From sequence record OR539220.1: DNA of 64,000 bases, one strand, 5' to 3'. The DNA is from Escherichia phage vB-Eco-KMB40. Shown piece by piece: positions 11,971 to 22,755 of the stretch (position 1 is the first letter of the stretch; every line of letters starts with the position of its first letter). The position numbers were made by a program, and so were the translations under genes. The notes under the pieces are model-generated. The model saw nothing but the letters and a program-made list of their open reading frames with translations, had not been told where the DNA came from and ran no database searches.

Positions 11971-12588
11971 ATGTACCACTTTGTATATGAAACAACAAAT
12001 CTAATAAACGGTAAAAAGTATATAGGAAAACACTCTACTGATGACTTGAATGATGGTTACCTTGGTTCCGGTAAGGCAATTCAGCAGGCTATAAAGAAAT
12101 ATGGTGAAAACAATTTCTCTAGAACAATACTAAAAGAGTTTAAAACTTCCGAAGAAGCGTACATGTATGAAGAAGAAATTATAACTCCTGAAATAATAAA
12201 AAGCAAAAATTATTATAATATGAAACCTGGTGGAATTGGTGGAATTGTTATGACTACAGAGGTTATAGCAAAGATGAAAGAATCTTCCGCTAAGAGATTT
12301 GAAAACTCACCGGGCACGGTATTAGGTACAACTTGTTACACTAATGGAACTAAAAATATTTTTATTAAACCTGGAGAACTTGTTCCAGAAGGATTTGTAA
12401 AAGGGATGGTTCATCCTAATAGAAAGTCCAGAAAAGGATGTAAAGTCAAACCGACTACCACAGGAACTTTTTGGGTCAATAATGGCGCAATAAATAAATT
12501 AATACAACCAGACGGTATTATTCCCGACGGATTTATTAAAGGTCGTCTCATGAAAAGAGATTCTAAAGGCAAATTTAGTAAGGCATAA
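11971..12588 (+). CDS. segD: GIY-YIG homing endonuclease-like protein SegD
   Basis: 205 aa; N-terminal HFVYETTNLINGKKYIGKH resembles GIY-(x10)-YIG module; position between inh and uvsW as T4 segD. Confidence 0.65.
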   Translation: MYHFVYETTNLINGKKYIGKHSTDDLNDGYLGSGKAIQQAIKKYGENNFSRTILKEFKTSEEAYMYEEEIITPEIIKSKNYYNMKPGGIGGIVMTTEVIAKMKESSAKRFENSPGTVLGTTCYTNGTKNIFIKPGELVPEGFVKGMVHPNRKSRKGCKVKPTTTGTFWVNNGAINKLIQPDGIIPDGFIKGRLMKRDSKGKFSKA

Positions 12589-12590
12589 TT

Positions 12591-14099
12591 ATGGATATTA
12601 AAGTACATTTTCACGACTTCAGTCATGTACGCATCGATTGTGAAGAGAGCACGTTCCACGAATTAAGAGATTTCTTTTCGTTTGAGGCAGATGGATATAG
12701 GTTTAATCCTCGCTTCAGATATGGCAACTGGGATGGACGAATCCGTCTTTTAGATTATAATCGCCTTCTTCCATTCGGCTTAGTCGGGCAAATTAAAAAG
12801 TTCTGTGATAACTTTGGCTATAAAGCCTGGATTGACCCACAAATTAACGAAAAAGAAGAATTATCAAGAAAAGATTTTGATGAATGGCTTTCTAAATTAG
12901 AAATCTATTCGGGAAATAAAAGAATTGAACCACACTGGTATCAAAAAGATGCAGTGTTCGAAGGATTAGTTAATCGTCGTAGAATTCTTAATCTTCCAAC
13001 ATCTGCAGGTAAATCTTTAATTCAGGCTCTGCTTGCGCGATATTATTTGGAAAATTATGAAGGTAAAATTCTTATCATTGTTCCAACAACTGCTCTGACA
13101 ACTCAGATGGCTGATGACTTTGTTGATTATCGTTTATTCAGTCACGCAATGATAAAGAAAATTGGTGGCGGAGCATCAAAAGATGATAAATATAAAAATG
13201 ATGCACCAGTCGTTGTTGGTACATGGCAAACTGTAGTAAAACAACCAAAAGAATGGTTCTCACAGTTTGGAATGATGATGAATGATGAATGCCATTTAGC
13301 AACAGGAAAAAGTATTTCATCTATTATATCAGGTTTAAATAACTGCATGTTCAAATTTGGTCTATCTGGTTCATTACGTGACGGCAAAGCCAATATCATG
13401 CAGTATGTTGGAATGTTTGGCGAAATATTTAAGCCAGTAACGACTTCTAAATTAATGGAAGATGGGCAAGTAACTGAGCTAAAAATTAATAGTATTTTTC
13501 TTCGTTATCCTGATGAGTTCACTACTAAATTAAAGGGAAAAACTTACCAAGAAGAAATAAAAATTATTACTGGGCTCAGTAAAAGAAATAAATGGATCGC
13601 TAAATTAGCTATTAAGCTTGCGCAAAAAGATGAAAACGCTTTTGTCATGTTTAAACATGTATCGCACGGTAAAGCTATTTTCGATTTAATTAAAAATGAA
13701 TACGATAAAGTTTATTACGTATCAGGGGAAGTTGATACCGAAACACGAAATATAATGAAAACCTTAGCTGAAAATGGTAAAGGAATAATTATAGTAGCTA
13801 GTTATGGTGTATTTTCTACTGGTATTTCAGTTAAAAATCTGCATCACGTTGTTTTAGCACACGGTGTTAAATCAAAAATCATTGTATTACAAACAATCGG
13901 TCGTGTATTACGTAAGCATGGTTCTAAGACAATAGCAACAGTCTGGGACCTCATAGATGACTGTGGTGTCAAGCCAAAATCTGCTAATACTAAAAAGAAA
14001 TATGTTCACTTGAACTATCTTTTAAAACATGGCATTGATCGTATTCAGCGCTACGCAGATGAAAAATTTAATTACGTAATGAAAACAGTTAATTTATAA
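12591..14099 (+). CDS. uvsW: UvsW DNA/RNA helicase
   Basis: 502 aa; Walker A PTSAGKS and DECH box; matches T4 UvsW length. Confidence 0.9.
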   Translation: MDIKVHFHDFSHVRIDCEESTFHELRDFFSFEADGYRFNPRFRYGNWDGRIRLLDYNRLLPFGLVGQIKKFCDNFGYKAWIDPQINEKEELSRKDFDEWLSKLEIYSGNKRIEPHWYQKDAVFEGLVNRRRILNLPTSAGKSLIQALLARYYLENYEGKILIIVPTTALTTQMADDFVDYRLFSHAMIKKIGGGASKDDKYKNDAPVVVGTWQTVVKQPKEWFSQFGMMMNDECHLATGKSISSIISGLNNCMFKFGLSGSLRDGKANIMQYVGMFGEIFKPVTTSKLMEDGQVTELKINSIFLRYPDEFTTKLKGKTYQEEIKIITGLSKRNKWIAKLAIKLAQKDENAFVMFKHVSHGKAIFDLIKNEYDKVYYVSGEVDTETRNIMKTLAENGKGIIIVASYGVFSTGISVKNLHHVVLAHGVKSKIIVLQTIGRVLRKHGSKTIATVWDLIDDCGVKPKSANTKKKYVHLNYLLKHGIDRIQRYADEKFNYVMKTVNL

Positions 14100-14111
14100 G
14101 GGCTTCGGCCC
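14100..14111 (+). terminator. UUCG-loop hairpin between uvsW and uvsW.1
   Basis: GGGC-TTCG-GCCC; short stem, may be an RNA stability element rather than a terminator. Confidence 0.35.
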
Positions 14112-14124
14112 TTTGGAGAAAAAG

Positions 14125-14358
14125 ATGTTACTAGAATTTAAACAATTTCTTTATGAAGCTTCTATTGATGAATTTATGGGTAAAATTGCCTCTTGTCAAA
14201 CATTAGAAGGTTTAGAAGAACTTGAAGCTTATTATAAGAAAAGAGTTAAAGAAACTGAATTAAAAGATACTGATGACATCTCTGTGAGAGATGCTTTGGC
14301 AGGAAAAAGAGCTGAATTAGAAGATTCAGACGATGATGAAGTAGAAGAAAGCTTTTAA
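14125..14358 (+). CDS. UvsW.1-like small acidic protein
   Basis: ATG 14125 with GGAG RBS (ORF track starts at in-frame TTG 14113); follows uvsW and a UUCG hairpin. Confidence 0.6.
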   Translation: MLLEFKQFLYEASIDEFMGKIASCQTLEGLEELEAYYKKRVKETELKDTDDISVRDALAGKRAELEDSDDDEVEESF

Positions 14359-14414
14359 ATTAAAAAAGGCCCAACCAAAAAAGGAAGGGCCAAAACTATA
14401 GACTAAAGGTCACA

Positions 14415-14582
14415 CTATAGCAAAAGTTGTGTTTCATTTAATTGTTCTTCCGAACTTTCTGAAACTGGTAGTTCTTTAATGTAATTATAACAAGGCCCAG
14501 GATGTACAGGACCTTTGTCTGTTTCAACAACCAATGCAGAATCGATTGGAGTTTTACAGACAACACAAATCTTATCTGACAT
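14415..14582 (-). CDS. Small Cys-rich protein (uvsY.-2 position), possible zinc ribbon
   Basis: ATG at 14582 preceded by AAGGAG RBS (ORF track starts further up at 14645); CVVC...PGPC cysteine pairs. Confidence 0.45.
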   Translation of the reverse strand: MSDKICVVCKTPIDSALVVETDKGPVHPGPCYNYIKELPVSESSEEQLNETQLLL

Positions 14583-14705
14583 GATTGTCTCCTTTTGAAT
14601 ATAGTAATATTTATAAACCCATTTTAATCCGCATTTCTTGTACACGGATTAAGCAAGCTTCCATCTCTGCTAATAGTCGAAATACTTCTTTATAATCTGT
14701 CATAT

Positions 14706-14933
14706 TTACCCCATATCTCTCATATGCATATCAATGCCCATATCTTTAGAATAAAAATATTCATCAAGATATCCGGCAAATTTTTCTTTAATATAAAGGA
14801 CATCTTCACCACATGGGTGGTCGGCCAGGATACGAATATCCTGACGCTTAAGATTATGCTTTTTCATTAAGAATTGAATTTCCGTTTCAAATTCTTCTTC
14901 ATAATTAAAAGCATCATCAATGCTATATCTCAT
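14706..14933 (-). CDS. Hypothetical protein (uvsY.-1 position)
   Basis: 75 aa ORF, start overlaps uvsY stop (ATGA). Confidence 0.5.
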   Translation of the reverse strand: MRYSIDDAFNYEEEFETEIQFLMKKHNLKRQDIRILADHPCGEDVLYIKEKFAGYLDEYFYSKDMGIDMHMRDMG

Positions 14934-15346
14934 TATTTTCCAGCCTCAAATGCTCGCATGTCTTGAATATGCTTAATAGCAAATCCACGTGATTTAATAG
15001 CATCAAGAGCTCCGCTACAGAAATCTAATAAAATCCCCCAATACTGCAACGAGGTATCAACCTTTAAAACATCCTTATCAGCTGATAGAACTGTTTTCAT
15101 TTCTGATTTCTCGTAACGATCCATACTAAATTCATCACCATCTCCTCGTCCCGAGTAGTAATCTAATTTAGCTTTAAGAGCAACTTTTTTCTGTGCTTCA
15201 ATTCTAAGCATTTCCTTTTTAATACTTGAATGCTTATTAAGCCATTTACTATATAACATCACATTATTAGCTGCTTCATACTGTAATTTAGTCGAATCTA
15301 TAAACACATCTTTCTTCAATTCTTCTTGAAGATCTTCTAATCTCAT
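14933..15346 (-). CDS. uvsY: UvsY recombination mediator
   Basis: 137 aa as in T4 UvsY; N-terminus MRLEDLQEELKKDVFID. Confidence 0.85.
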   Translation of the reverse strand: MRLEDLQEELKKDVFIDSTKLQYEAANNVMLYSKWLNKHSSIKKEMLRIEAQKKVALKAKLDYYSGRGDGDEFSMDRYEKSEMKTVLSADKDVLKVDTSLQYWGILLDFCSGALDAIKSRGFAIKHIQDMRAFEAGK

Positions 15347-15386
15347 ATTGTTCTCTATTCAATTGTTATTGGATGGACTTAGATTC

Positions 15387-15415
15387 ATTATACCACGTTT
15401 TAACGTGAAGCATTA
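15387..15415 (-). promoter_or_regulatory. Candidate MotA-dependent middle promoter upstream of uvsY (possible ori(uvsY)/oriF region)
   Basis: Minus strand reads TAATGCTTCA (MotA-box-like) - 13 nt - TATAAT, about 40 nt upstream of the uvsY ATG. Confidence 0.45.
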
Positions 15416-15811
15416 TACCCTATTACTGGAAGCCAGTTGCAGTTTTATCTGCTCAATATCATCAGGATTATCGATGACCGAAAAGCGTATTTCTACTATC
15501 AGAGTATAATCATCATAAACCGGTATTACATTAACTGCTAATTTATCAATACGTGGCTCATAGTTTCTTACTGCGCTTTCGATATTACGCTCAACCGTGT
15601 CAGCAGTAAGAGGAGTCATATTCTCAAAAAGTTGGTCAGATAAATCACATCCAAATTCAGGGTCAAACGGTCTTGAACCTTTTCTTGTTGTAATAATTCC
15701 TAAAAGACTATTTTTAATTGACCTTAATCCAAGTGATCTTGAAACGTCTTTGTTCCAATCCATTTTCATCTCTGGGTCAATATCAGAATAAAGCTTATTA
15801 ATATTTGCCAT
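15413..15811 (-). CDS. 25: Baseplate wedge protein gp25
   Basis: 132 aa; matches T4 gp25 length and position. Confidence 0.85.
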   Translation of the reverse strand: MANINKLYSDIDPEMKMDWNKDVSRSLGLRSIKNSLLGIITTRKGSRPFDPEFGCDLSDQLFENMTPLTADTVERNIESAVRNYEPRIDKLAVNVIPVYDDYTLIVEIRFSVIDNPDDIEQIKLQLASSNRV

Positions 15812-16437
15812 TACAATAGCTCAAAGAATTCTTTGAGTCCTCTTATTACATGAGCGTGAGTTTTTCCACACTCTGGACATTTAATTGGAACAGCCAAATA
15901 AACAGTAGGCTTTAAAAGAATATCTTTTATAGCTACAATATCTGACTCTGTGATGATAGAATATAAATCTTCCAACTCTTTTTCATTCAAGTCTTCAACT
16001 GGAATGCTTTCCCCGTTAGCGTGAATCGTTTCTATACATGATACTATCATGTGGGCTATATTTTTATCATCAAAAATTTTAGGGTAATGGAATTTAATTT
16101 TAATGTCACCCAGTGTATACCAGAGGTCTTCTGGTGCATCTATTTGTGTATGTAATAGATTTATATGGGTTGGTATTTCAGCTCCACAGGTGCACTTCCA
16201 GGAGTTTTCGTGATTAACTTCTCCAAGAGAATGCGCCCATAAATGAATTAGTAATAGTTCTGATTCTTGGCGGTTTAAATCTTTTGCATTTGTACAGTCT
16301 TTGATTAGCTTTTTAACAATTACTTCTACGGAACCATTATTTTTGGCAGTAATAAGTTCTAGATATTCTTTAAGCGTGAATGCGCGACAATTGATTATTT
16401 TAGAACCAACTCTCACATCAAATTTGTATTCATACAT
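15811..16437 (-). CDS. 26: Baseplate hub protein gp26
   Basis: 208 aa; divergent to gene 51 with back-to-back late promoter motifs. Confidence 0.8.
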   Translation of the reverse strand: MYEYKFDVRVGSKIINCRAFTLKEYLELITAKNNGSVEVIVKKLIKDCTNAKDLNRQESELLLIHLWAHSLGEVNHENSWKCTCGAEIPTHINLLHTQIDAPEDLWYTLGDIKIKFHYPKIFDDKNIAHMIVSCIETIHANGESIPVEDLNEKELEDLYSIITESDIVAIKDILLKPTVYLAVPIKCPECGKTHAHVIRGLKEFFELL

Positions 16438-16458
16438 ATTTAGCTCCTTTATTTATCA

Positions 16459-16466
16459 TATTTATA
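16459..16466 (-). promoter_or_regulatory. Candidate late promoter for gene 26 (divergent, overlapping the gene 51 motif)
   Basis: Reverse complement of 16459-16466 is TATAAATA, oriented toward gene 26. Confidence 0.4.
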
Positions 16467-16470
16467 AATA
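16463..16470 (+). promoter_or_regulatory. Candidate late promoter for gene 51
   Basis: TATAAATA on plus strand 18 nt upstream of ATG 16488. Confidence 0.45.
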
Positions 16471-16487
16471 GAATAAAAGGAGCATCT

Positions 16488-17240
16488 ATGGCAAACATTA
16501 TTCGTTGTAAATTACCAGATGGTGTTCATCGTTTTAAACCATTTACGGTAGAAGATTATCGAGATTTTTTGTTAGTTCGAAACGATATAGAACATCGGTC
16601 ACCACAAGAACAAAAAGAAGTAATTGCTGATTTAATTGCTGATTATTTTGGAGACTATCCAAAGACTTGGCAACCATTTATATTTTTGCAGGTATTTGTA
16701 GGTTCAATAGGTAAAACTAAAGTACCAGTCACATTTGTATGTCCAAAATGTAAAAAAGAAAAGACAGTTCCATTTGAAATATATCAAAAAGAATTAAAGG
16801 AACCTATTTTTGATGTAGCTAATGTTAAAATTAAATTAAATTTTCCTTCTGAGTTTTATGAAAATAAAGCAAAGATGATTACTGAAAATATTCATTCTGT
16901 TCAAGTAGATGAAATGTGGTATGATTGGAAGGAAATTAGTGAATCGAGTCAAATAGAACTTGTTGACGCCATCGAGATAGAAACATTAGAAAAAATTCTC
17001 GATGCAATGAATCCTATTAATTTAACATTGCACATGTCGTGTTGTGATAAGTACATTAAAAAATACACTGATATAGTAGATGTGTTTAAGCTATTAGTTA
17101 ATCCAGATGAGATATTTACTTTTTATCAAATTAATCACACGCTTGTAAAAAGTAATTATAGCTTAAATTCAATAATGAAAATGATTCCTGCCGAGCGCGG
17201 ATTCGTATTAAAACTGATTGAGAAGGATAAACATCAATGA
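16488..17240 (+). CDS. 51: Baseplate hub assembly protein gp51
   Basis: 250 aa; position and length as T4 gp51. Confidence 0.8.
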   Translation: MANIIRCKLPDGVHRFKPFTVEDYRDFLLVRNDIEHRSPQEQKEVIADLIADYFGDYPKTWQPFIFLQVFVGSIGKTKVPVTFVCPKCKKEKTVPFEIYQKELKEPIFDVANVKIKLNFPSEFYENKAKMITENIHSVQVDEMWYDWKEISESSQIELVDAIEIETLEKILDAMNPINLTLHMSCCDKYIKKYTDIVDVFKLLVNPDEIFTFYQINHTLVKSNYSLNSIMKMIPAERGFVLKLIEKDKHQ

Positions 17241-18409
17241 GTATGTTACAACGTCCTGGATATCCAAATCTCAGCGTTAAATTATTTGAGAGTTATGACG
17301 CTTGGAGTAATAATAGATTTGTTGAATTAGCTGCTACTATTACCACATTAACTATGCGTGACTCTCTTTATGGTCGAAATGAAGGAATGCTACAATTTTA
17401 TGATTCTAAAAACATTCATACAAAAATGGATGGAAATGAAATAATTCAGATTTCTGTAGCTAATGCAAACGATATTAATAATGTTAAAACACGAATTTAT
17501 GGATGCAAGCATTTTTCCGTGTCAGTAGATTCAAAAGGCGATAACATCATTGCTATTGAATTGGGAACTATTCATTCTATAGAAAATCTTAAATTTGGTA
17601 GACCATTTTTCCCTGATGCCGGTGAATCTATAAAGGAAATGCTTGGCGTAATTTATCAAGATCGTACATTATTAACTCCAGCGATAAATGCTATTAATGC
17701 TTATGTTCCTGATATTCCATGGACTAGCACATTTGAAAACTATTTGTCATATGTAAGAGAAGTTGCTCTAGCGGTAGGAAGCGATAAGTTCGTATTTGTA
17801 TGGCAAGACATCATGGGAGTTAACATGATGGACTATGATATGATGATAAATCAAGAACCATATCCAATGATTGTCGGTGAGCCAACTTTAATAGGTCAAT
17901 TCGTCCAAGAATTGAAATATCCATTAGCATATGATTTTGTTTGGTTGACTAAATCAAATCCGCATAAACGTGATCCAATGAAAAATGCTACTATCTATGC
18001 TCATTCATTTTTAGATTCTTCATTACCAATGATTACTACAGGAAAGGGTGAAAACTCTATTGTAGTGTCAAGGTCAGGTGCTTATTCTGAAATGACTTAT
18101 AGAAATGGATATGAAGAAGCTATTCGTCTTCAGACTATGGCGCAGTATGATGGTTATGCTAAATGTTCTACTGTCGGTAATTTTAACTTGACTCCTGGCG
18201 TTAAAATTATTTTTAATGATAGTAAAAACCAATTTAAAACAGAATTTTACGTTGATGAAGTTATTCACGAATTATCAAATAATAATTCCGTAACTCATCT
18301 TTATATGTTCACTAATGCAACGAAACTGGAAACAATCGACCCAGTTAAGGTTAAAAATGAATTTAAAACTGATACTACCACTGAAGAAAGTAGTTCTTCC
18401 GATAAGTAA
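17237..18409 (+). CDS. 27: Baseplate hub protein gp27
   Basis: 390 aa; start overlaps gene 51 stop; T4 gp27 is about 391 aa. Confidence 0.85.
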   Translation: MSMLQRPGYPNLSVKLFESYDAWSNNRFVELAATITTLTMRDSLYGRNEGMLQFYDSKNIHTKMDGNEIIQISVANANDINNVKTRIYGCKHFSVSVDSKGDNIIAIELGTIHSIENLKFGRPFFPDAGESIKEMLGVIYQDRTLLTPAINAINAYVPDIPWTSTFENYLSYVREVALAVGSDKFVFVWQDIMGVNMMDYDMMINQEPYPMIVGEPTLIGQFVQELKYPLAYDFVWLTKSNPHKRDPMKNATIYAHSFLDSSLPMITTGKGENSIVVSRSGAYSEMTYRNGYEEAIRLQTMAQYDGYAKCSTVGNFNLTPGVKIIFNDSKNQFKTEFYVDEVIHELSNNNSVTHLYMFTNATKLETIDPVKVKNEFKTDTTTEESSSSDK

Positions 18410-18890
18410 TAAAGAAGTTTCTATTCCTAAGATGGGTCTTAAACATTATAACATTTTAAAAGATGTTAAAGGTCCTGATGAAAATTTAAAGCTTCTTATT
18501 GATTCTATTTGTCCAAATTTATCACCGGCAGAAGTTGATTTCGTTTCTATTCATTTGCTAGAATTTAATGGAAAGATTAAATCTCGTAAAGAAATAGATG
18601 GTTATACTTATGATATTAATGACGTTTATGTATGCCAAAGATTGGAATTTCAATACCAAGGAAATACATTTTATTTTAGACCTCCTGGAAAATTTGAACA
18701 ATTTTTAACTGTAAGCGATATGTTATCCAAATGCTTGCTTAAGGTCAATGATGAAGTTAAAGAAATTAATTTTCTTGAGATGCCAGCATTTGTTTTAAAA
18801 TGGGCAAATGATATTTCTACAACTTTAGCAATTCCTGGCCCTAATGGTCCAATAACCGGAATTGGCAATATTATTGGATTATTTGAATGA
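18357..18890 (+). CDS. 28: Baseplate hub distal protein gp28
   Basis: 177 aa from ATG 18357 (AAGG RBS), overlapping gene 27 3' end; ORF track starts earlier at 18315. Confidence 0.7.
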   Translation: MNLKLILPLKKVVLPISNKEVSIPKMGLKHYNILKDVKGPDENLKLLIDSICPNLSPAEVDFVSIHLLEFNGKIKSRKEIDGYTYDINDVYVCQRLEFQYQGNTFYFRPPGKFEQFLTVSDMLSKCLLKVNDEVKEINFLEMPAFVLKWANDISTTLAIPGPNGPITGIGNIIGLFE

Positions 18891-20659
18891 AAAAGCCACA
18901 AGAAATGCAAACGATGCGTAGAAAAGTTATTTCAGATAATAAACCAACACAGGAAGCGGCTAAATCCGCTTCTAACACTTTATCTGGACTTAATGACATA
19001 TCTACGAAATTGGATGATGCTCAAGCTGCCTCTGAATTAATAGCTCAAACTGTCGAAGAAAAATCGAATGAAATAGTTGGAGCAATTGATAACGTTGAAA
19101 GCGCAGTAAGTGATACTACTGCCGGTTCTGAGTTAATTGCTGAAACTGTTGAAATTGGCAACAATATTAATAAAGAAATCGGTGAATCGCTCGGAAGCAA
19201 ATTAGATAAATTAACAAGTTTACTGGAACAAAAAATTCAGACAGCTGGAATTCAGCAAACTGGAACGAGTTTAGCAGTAGTCGAAAATGCTATTCCTGTT
19301 AAAGTCGTCGAGGATGATACAGCTGAATCTGTGGGTCCTTTATTACCGGCTCCCGAAGCAGTTAATAATGATCCTGATGCTGATTTTTTCCCTACTCCTC
19401 AGCCAATTGAACCAAAACAAGAGTCTCCAGAAGAGAAGCAAAAAAGAGATGCATTTAACTTAAAAATATCTAATGCATTAGATAAATTAACAAAGACAGT
19501 TGATTTCGGATTTAAGAAATCTATTTCAATTACTGATAAAATATCTAGCATGCTATTTAAGTATACCGTCAGTGCTGCTATTGAAGCTGCTAAAATGGTT
19601 GCATTGATAATGGCTGTTGTTATTGGAATAGACCTGCTGATGGTTCATTTTAAATACTGGTCAGATAAATTTTCAAAAGCCTGGGATTTATTTGGTACTG
19701 ATTTTACTAAATTCTCTAGCGAAACCGGAACATGGGGTCCTTTATTACAGAGCATCTTTGATTCTATTGATAAAATTAAACAACTTTGGGAAGCTGGAGA
19801 TTGGGGCGGATTAACAGCAGCTATTGTTGAAGGGCTTGGAAGTGTTCTTTATAATTTAGGAGAGCTTATTCAATTAGGTATGGCTAAATTATCTGCTGCA
19901 ATTCTTCGAGTCATTCCTGGCATGAAGGATACTGCTGATGAAGTAGAAGGAAGAGCATTAGAAAATTTCCAAAATTCTACTGGAGCATCTCTTAATAAAG
20001 AAGACCAAGAAAAAGTAGCAAATTATCAAGATAAACGAATGAATGACGATCTTGGCCCAATAGCAAAAGGATTAGACAAAATTGCTAATTGGAAAACTCG
20101 TGCATCTAACTGGATTCGTGGTGTAGATAATAAAGAAGCATTGACTACTGACGAAGAACGTGCAGCAGAAGAAGAAAAATTAAAACAACTTTCACCGGAA
20201 GAAAGAAAAAATGCTTTAATGAAAGCTAATGAAGCTCGTGCTGCGATGATTCGTTTTGAAAAATACGCTGATTCAGCTGATATGAGCAAAGACTCGACAG
20301 TTAAATCAATTGAAGCTGCTCATGAAGACATTAAAAAACGAATGAATGATCCGGATTTAAATAATTCACCAGCGGTTAAAAAAGAACTTGCTTCTAGATT
20401 TGCTAAAATTGATGCCACTTATCAAGAGCTCAAGAAAAATCAACCTGAAGCAAAACCTGAAACTTCTGCTAAATCACCAGAAGCAAAACAGGTCCAGGTG
20501 ATTGAAAAGAACAAAGCACAACAAGCTCCTGTTCAACAAGCATCTCCTTCAATCAATAATACTAATAATGTTATTAAGAAAAATACTGTCGTTCATAACA
20601 TGACACCTGTCACAAGCACAACTGCTCCTGGTGTATTTGGCGCGACGGGAGTTAATTAA
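18887..20659 (+). CDS. 29: Baseplate hub / tail length determinator gp29
   Basis: 590 aa as in T4 gp29; start overlaps gene 28 stop. Confidence 0.85.
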   Translation: MKKPQEMQTMRRKVISDNKPTQEAAKSASNTLSGLNDISTKLDDAQAASELIAQTVEEKSNEIVGAIDNVESAVSDTTAGSELIAETVEIGNNINKEIGESLGSKLDKLTSLLEQKIQTAGIQQTGTSLAVVENAIPVKVVEDDTAESVGPLLPAPEAVNNDPDADFFPTPQPIEPKQESPEEKQKRDAFNLKISNALDKLTKTVDFGFKKSISITDKISSMLFKYTVSAAIEAAKMVALIMAVVIGIDLLMVHFKYWSDKFSKAWDLFGTDFTKFSSETGTWGPLLQSIFDSIDKIKQLWEAGDWGGLTAAIVEGLGSVLYNLGELIQLGMAKLSAAILRVIPGMKDTADEVEGRALENFQNSTGASLNKEDQEKVANYQDKRMNDDLGPIAKGLDKIANWKTRASNWIRGVDNKEALTTDEERAAEEEKLKQLSPEERKNALMKANEARAAMIRFEKYADSADMSKDSTVKSIEAAHEDIKKRMNDPDLNNSPAVKKELASRFAKIDATYQELKKNQPEAKPETSAKSPEAKQVQVIEKNKAQQAPVQQASPSINNTNNVIKKNTVVHNMTPVTSTTAPGVFGATGVN

Positions 20660-20667
20660 GGAATAAT

Positions 20668-21762
20668 ATGGCAATTGTTAAAGAAATAACTGCTGATTTA
20701 ATTAAAAAGTCCGGTGAAACAATTTCAGCCGGACAGAGTACTAAATCAGAAGTAGGAACTAAAACATACACAGCCCAGTTTCCAACTGGGCGTGCTAGTG
20801 GTAATGACACTACAGGGGACTTCCAGGTAACAGATCTATATAAGAATGGATTATTATTTACTGCATACAATATGTCATCTAGGGATTCTGGAAGTCTTAG
20901 AACGATGAGATCTAACTACTCTTCTTCATCTTCGAGTATTTTACGTACAGCCAGAAACACTATCAGTAATACAGTATCAAAACTATCAAATGGACTAATA
21001 TCAGATAATAATTCAGGAACAATAAGTAAAGTTCCTGTTGCAAATATTCTTTTACCTAGATCTAAATCTGACGTCGATACGTCATCACATAGATTTAATG
21101 ATGTTCAAGATAGTCTTATTACAAAAGGCGGAGGTACTGCTACTGGTGTGCTAAGCAATATGGCTTCAACCGCAGTATTTGGAGCGTTGGAAAGTATAAC
21201 ACAAGGTATAATGGCTGATAATAATGAACAGATCTATACAACAGCTAGAAGCATGTACGGCGGTGCTGAAAATAGAACTAAAGTGTTCACCTGGGATTTA
21301 ACTCCGCGCTCAACAGAAGATTTAATGGCTATTATTAATATCTATCAGTATTTTAACTATTTTTCTTACGGTGAAACTGGTAAATCTCAATATGCTGCTG
21401 AAATAAAAGGATATTTAGATGAGTGGTATCGTTCTACATTTATTGAACCATTAACGCCAGAAGACGCGATTAAAAACAAGACGTTATTTGAAAAAATGAC
21501 ATCGAGTTTAACGAACGTTCTTGTAGTTTCAAACCCGACAATTTGGATGGTGAAAAACTTTGGTGCAACTTCTAAATTTGATGGAAAGACTGAAGTATTC
21601 GGTCCATGCCAAATACAGAGTATTAGATTTGATAAAACACCAAATGGTAACTTTAATGGATTAGCTATTGCTCCTAACCTTCCAAGTTCTTTTACACTCG
21701 AGATTACTATGAGAGAGATTATTACGTTAAACCGTGCTTCTTTATATACGGGGACTTTCTAA
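20668..21762 (+). CDS. 48: Baseplate tail-tube cap gp48
   Basis: 364 aa; matches T4 gp48. Confidence 0.85.
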   Translation: MAIVKEITADLIKKSGETISAGQSTKSEVGTKTYTAQFPTGRASGNDTTGDFQVTDLYKNGLLFTAYNMSSRDSGSLRTMRSNYSSSSSSILRTARNTISNTVSKLSNGLISDNNSGTISKVPVANILLPRSKSDVDTSSHRFNDVQDSLITKGGGTATGVLSNMASTAVFGALESITQGIMADNNEQIYTTARSMYGGAENRTKVFTWDLTPRSTEDLMAIINIYQYFNYFSYGETGKSQYAAEIKGYLDEWYRSTFIEPLTPEDAIKNKTLFEKMTSSLTNVLVVSNPTIWMVKNFGATSKFDGKTEVFGPCQIQSIRFDKTPNGNFNGLAIAPNLPSSFTLEITMREIITLNRASLYTGTF

Positions 21763-22727
21763 TGTATTCTTTAGAGGAATTTAATAATCAAGCAATAAAC
21801 GCAGACTTCCAACGTAATAATATGTTCAGCTGTGTTTTTGCTACAACTCCATCAACTAAAAGCTCATCGTTAATAAGCTCAATTAGTAACTTTGCTTATA
21901 ATAACTTGGGTCTAAATTCAGATTGGTTGGGATTAACTCAAGGTGATATTAATCAGGGAATTACCACGCTAATTACCGCTGGCACACAAAAACTGATAAG
22001 AAAATCAGGGGTTAGTAAATATCTTATTGGTGCCATGAGTCAACGTACAGTTCAAAGTTTATTAGGCTCATTTACAGTTGGTACATATTTAATTGACTTC
22101 TTTAACATGGCATATAACTCATCTGGATTGATGATATATTCTGTAAAAATGCCAGAAAATAGATTATCCTATGAAACTGACTGGAACTATAATTCTCCTA
22201 ATATTCGTATAACTGGAAGAGAATTAGACCCTTTGGTTATTTCATTTAGAATGGATTCAGAAGCTTGTAACTATCGTGCAATGCAAGACTGGGTTAACGC
22301 TGTTCAAGACCCAGTAACTGGATTGCGTGCTTTACCGCAAGATGTCGAGGCAGATATTCAGGTCAATCTTCATTCTCGCAATGGATTACCACATACTGCG
22401 GTGATGTTCACTGGCTGTATTCCAATATCTGTGAGTGCTCCTGAGTTATCATATGATGGAGATAACCAAATAACTACATTTGATGTTACTTTCGCTTATA
22501 GAGTCATGCAGGCTGGAGCAGTTGATAGACAAGCTGCCCTTGAATGGCTTGAATCTGCTACTATAAATGGTATTCAAAGCGTTCTCGGAAATAGTGGAGG
22601 TGTTACTGGACTATCTAATTCGCTTTCACGACTTAGTAGATTAGGGGGAACTGCAGGAAGCATTTCAAATATTAATACTATGACAGGAATTGTCAACTCG
22701 CAAAGTAAAATATTAGGAGCAATATAA
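21762..22727 (+). CDS. 54: Baseplate tail-tube initiator gp54
   Basis: 321 aa; matches T4 gp54; followed by bidirectional terminator hairpin. Confidence 0.85.
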   Translation: MYSLEEFNNQAINADFQRNNMFSCVFATTPSTKSSSLISSISNFAYNNLGLNSDWLGLTQGDINQGITTLITAGTQKLIRKSGVSKYLIGAMSQRTVQSLLGSFTVGTYLIDFFNMAYNSSGLMIYSVKMPENRLSYETDWNYNSPNIRITGRELDPLVISFRMDSEACNYRAMQDWVNAVQDPVTGLRALPQDVEADIQVNLHSRNGLPHTAVMFTGCIPISVSAPELSYDGDNQITTFDVTFAYRVMQAGAVDRQAALEWLESATINGIQSVLGNSGGVTGLSNSLSRLSRLGGTAGSISNINTMTGIVNSQSKILGAI

Positions 22728-22731
22728 CAAT

Positions 22732-22749
22732 GGGGACCGAAAGGTCCCC
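22732..22749. terminator. Bidirectional terminator hairpin between gene 54 and the alt block
   Basis: GGGGACC-GAAA-GGTCCCC followed by TTTTTATTT between convergent transcription units. Confidence 0.65.
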
Positions 22750-22755
22750 ATGTTT

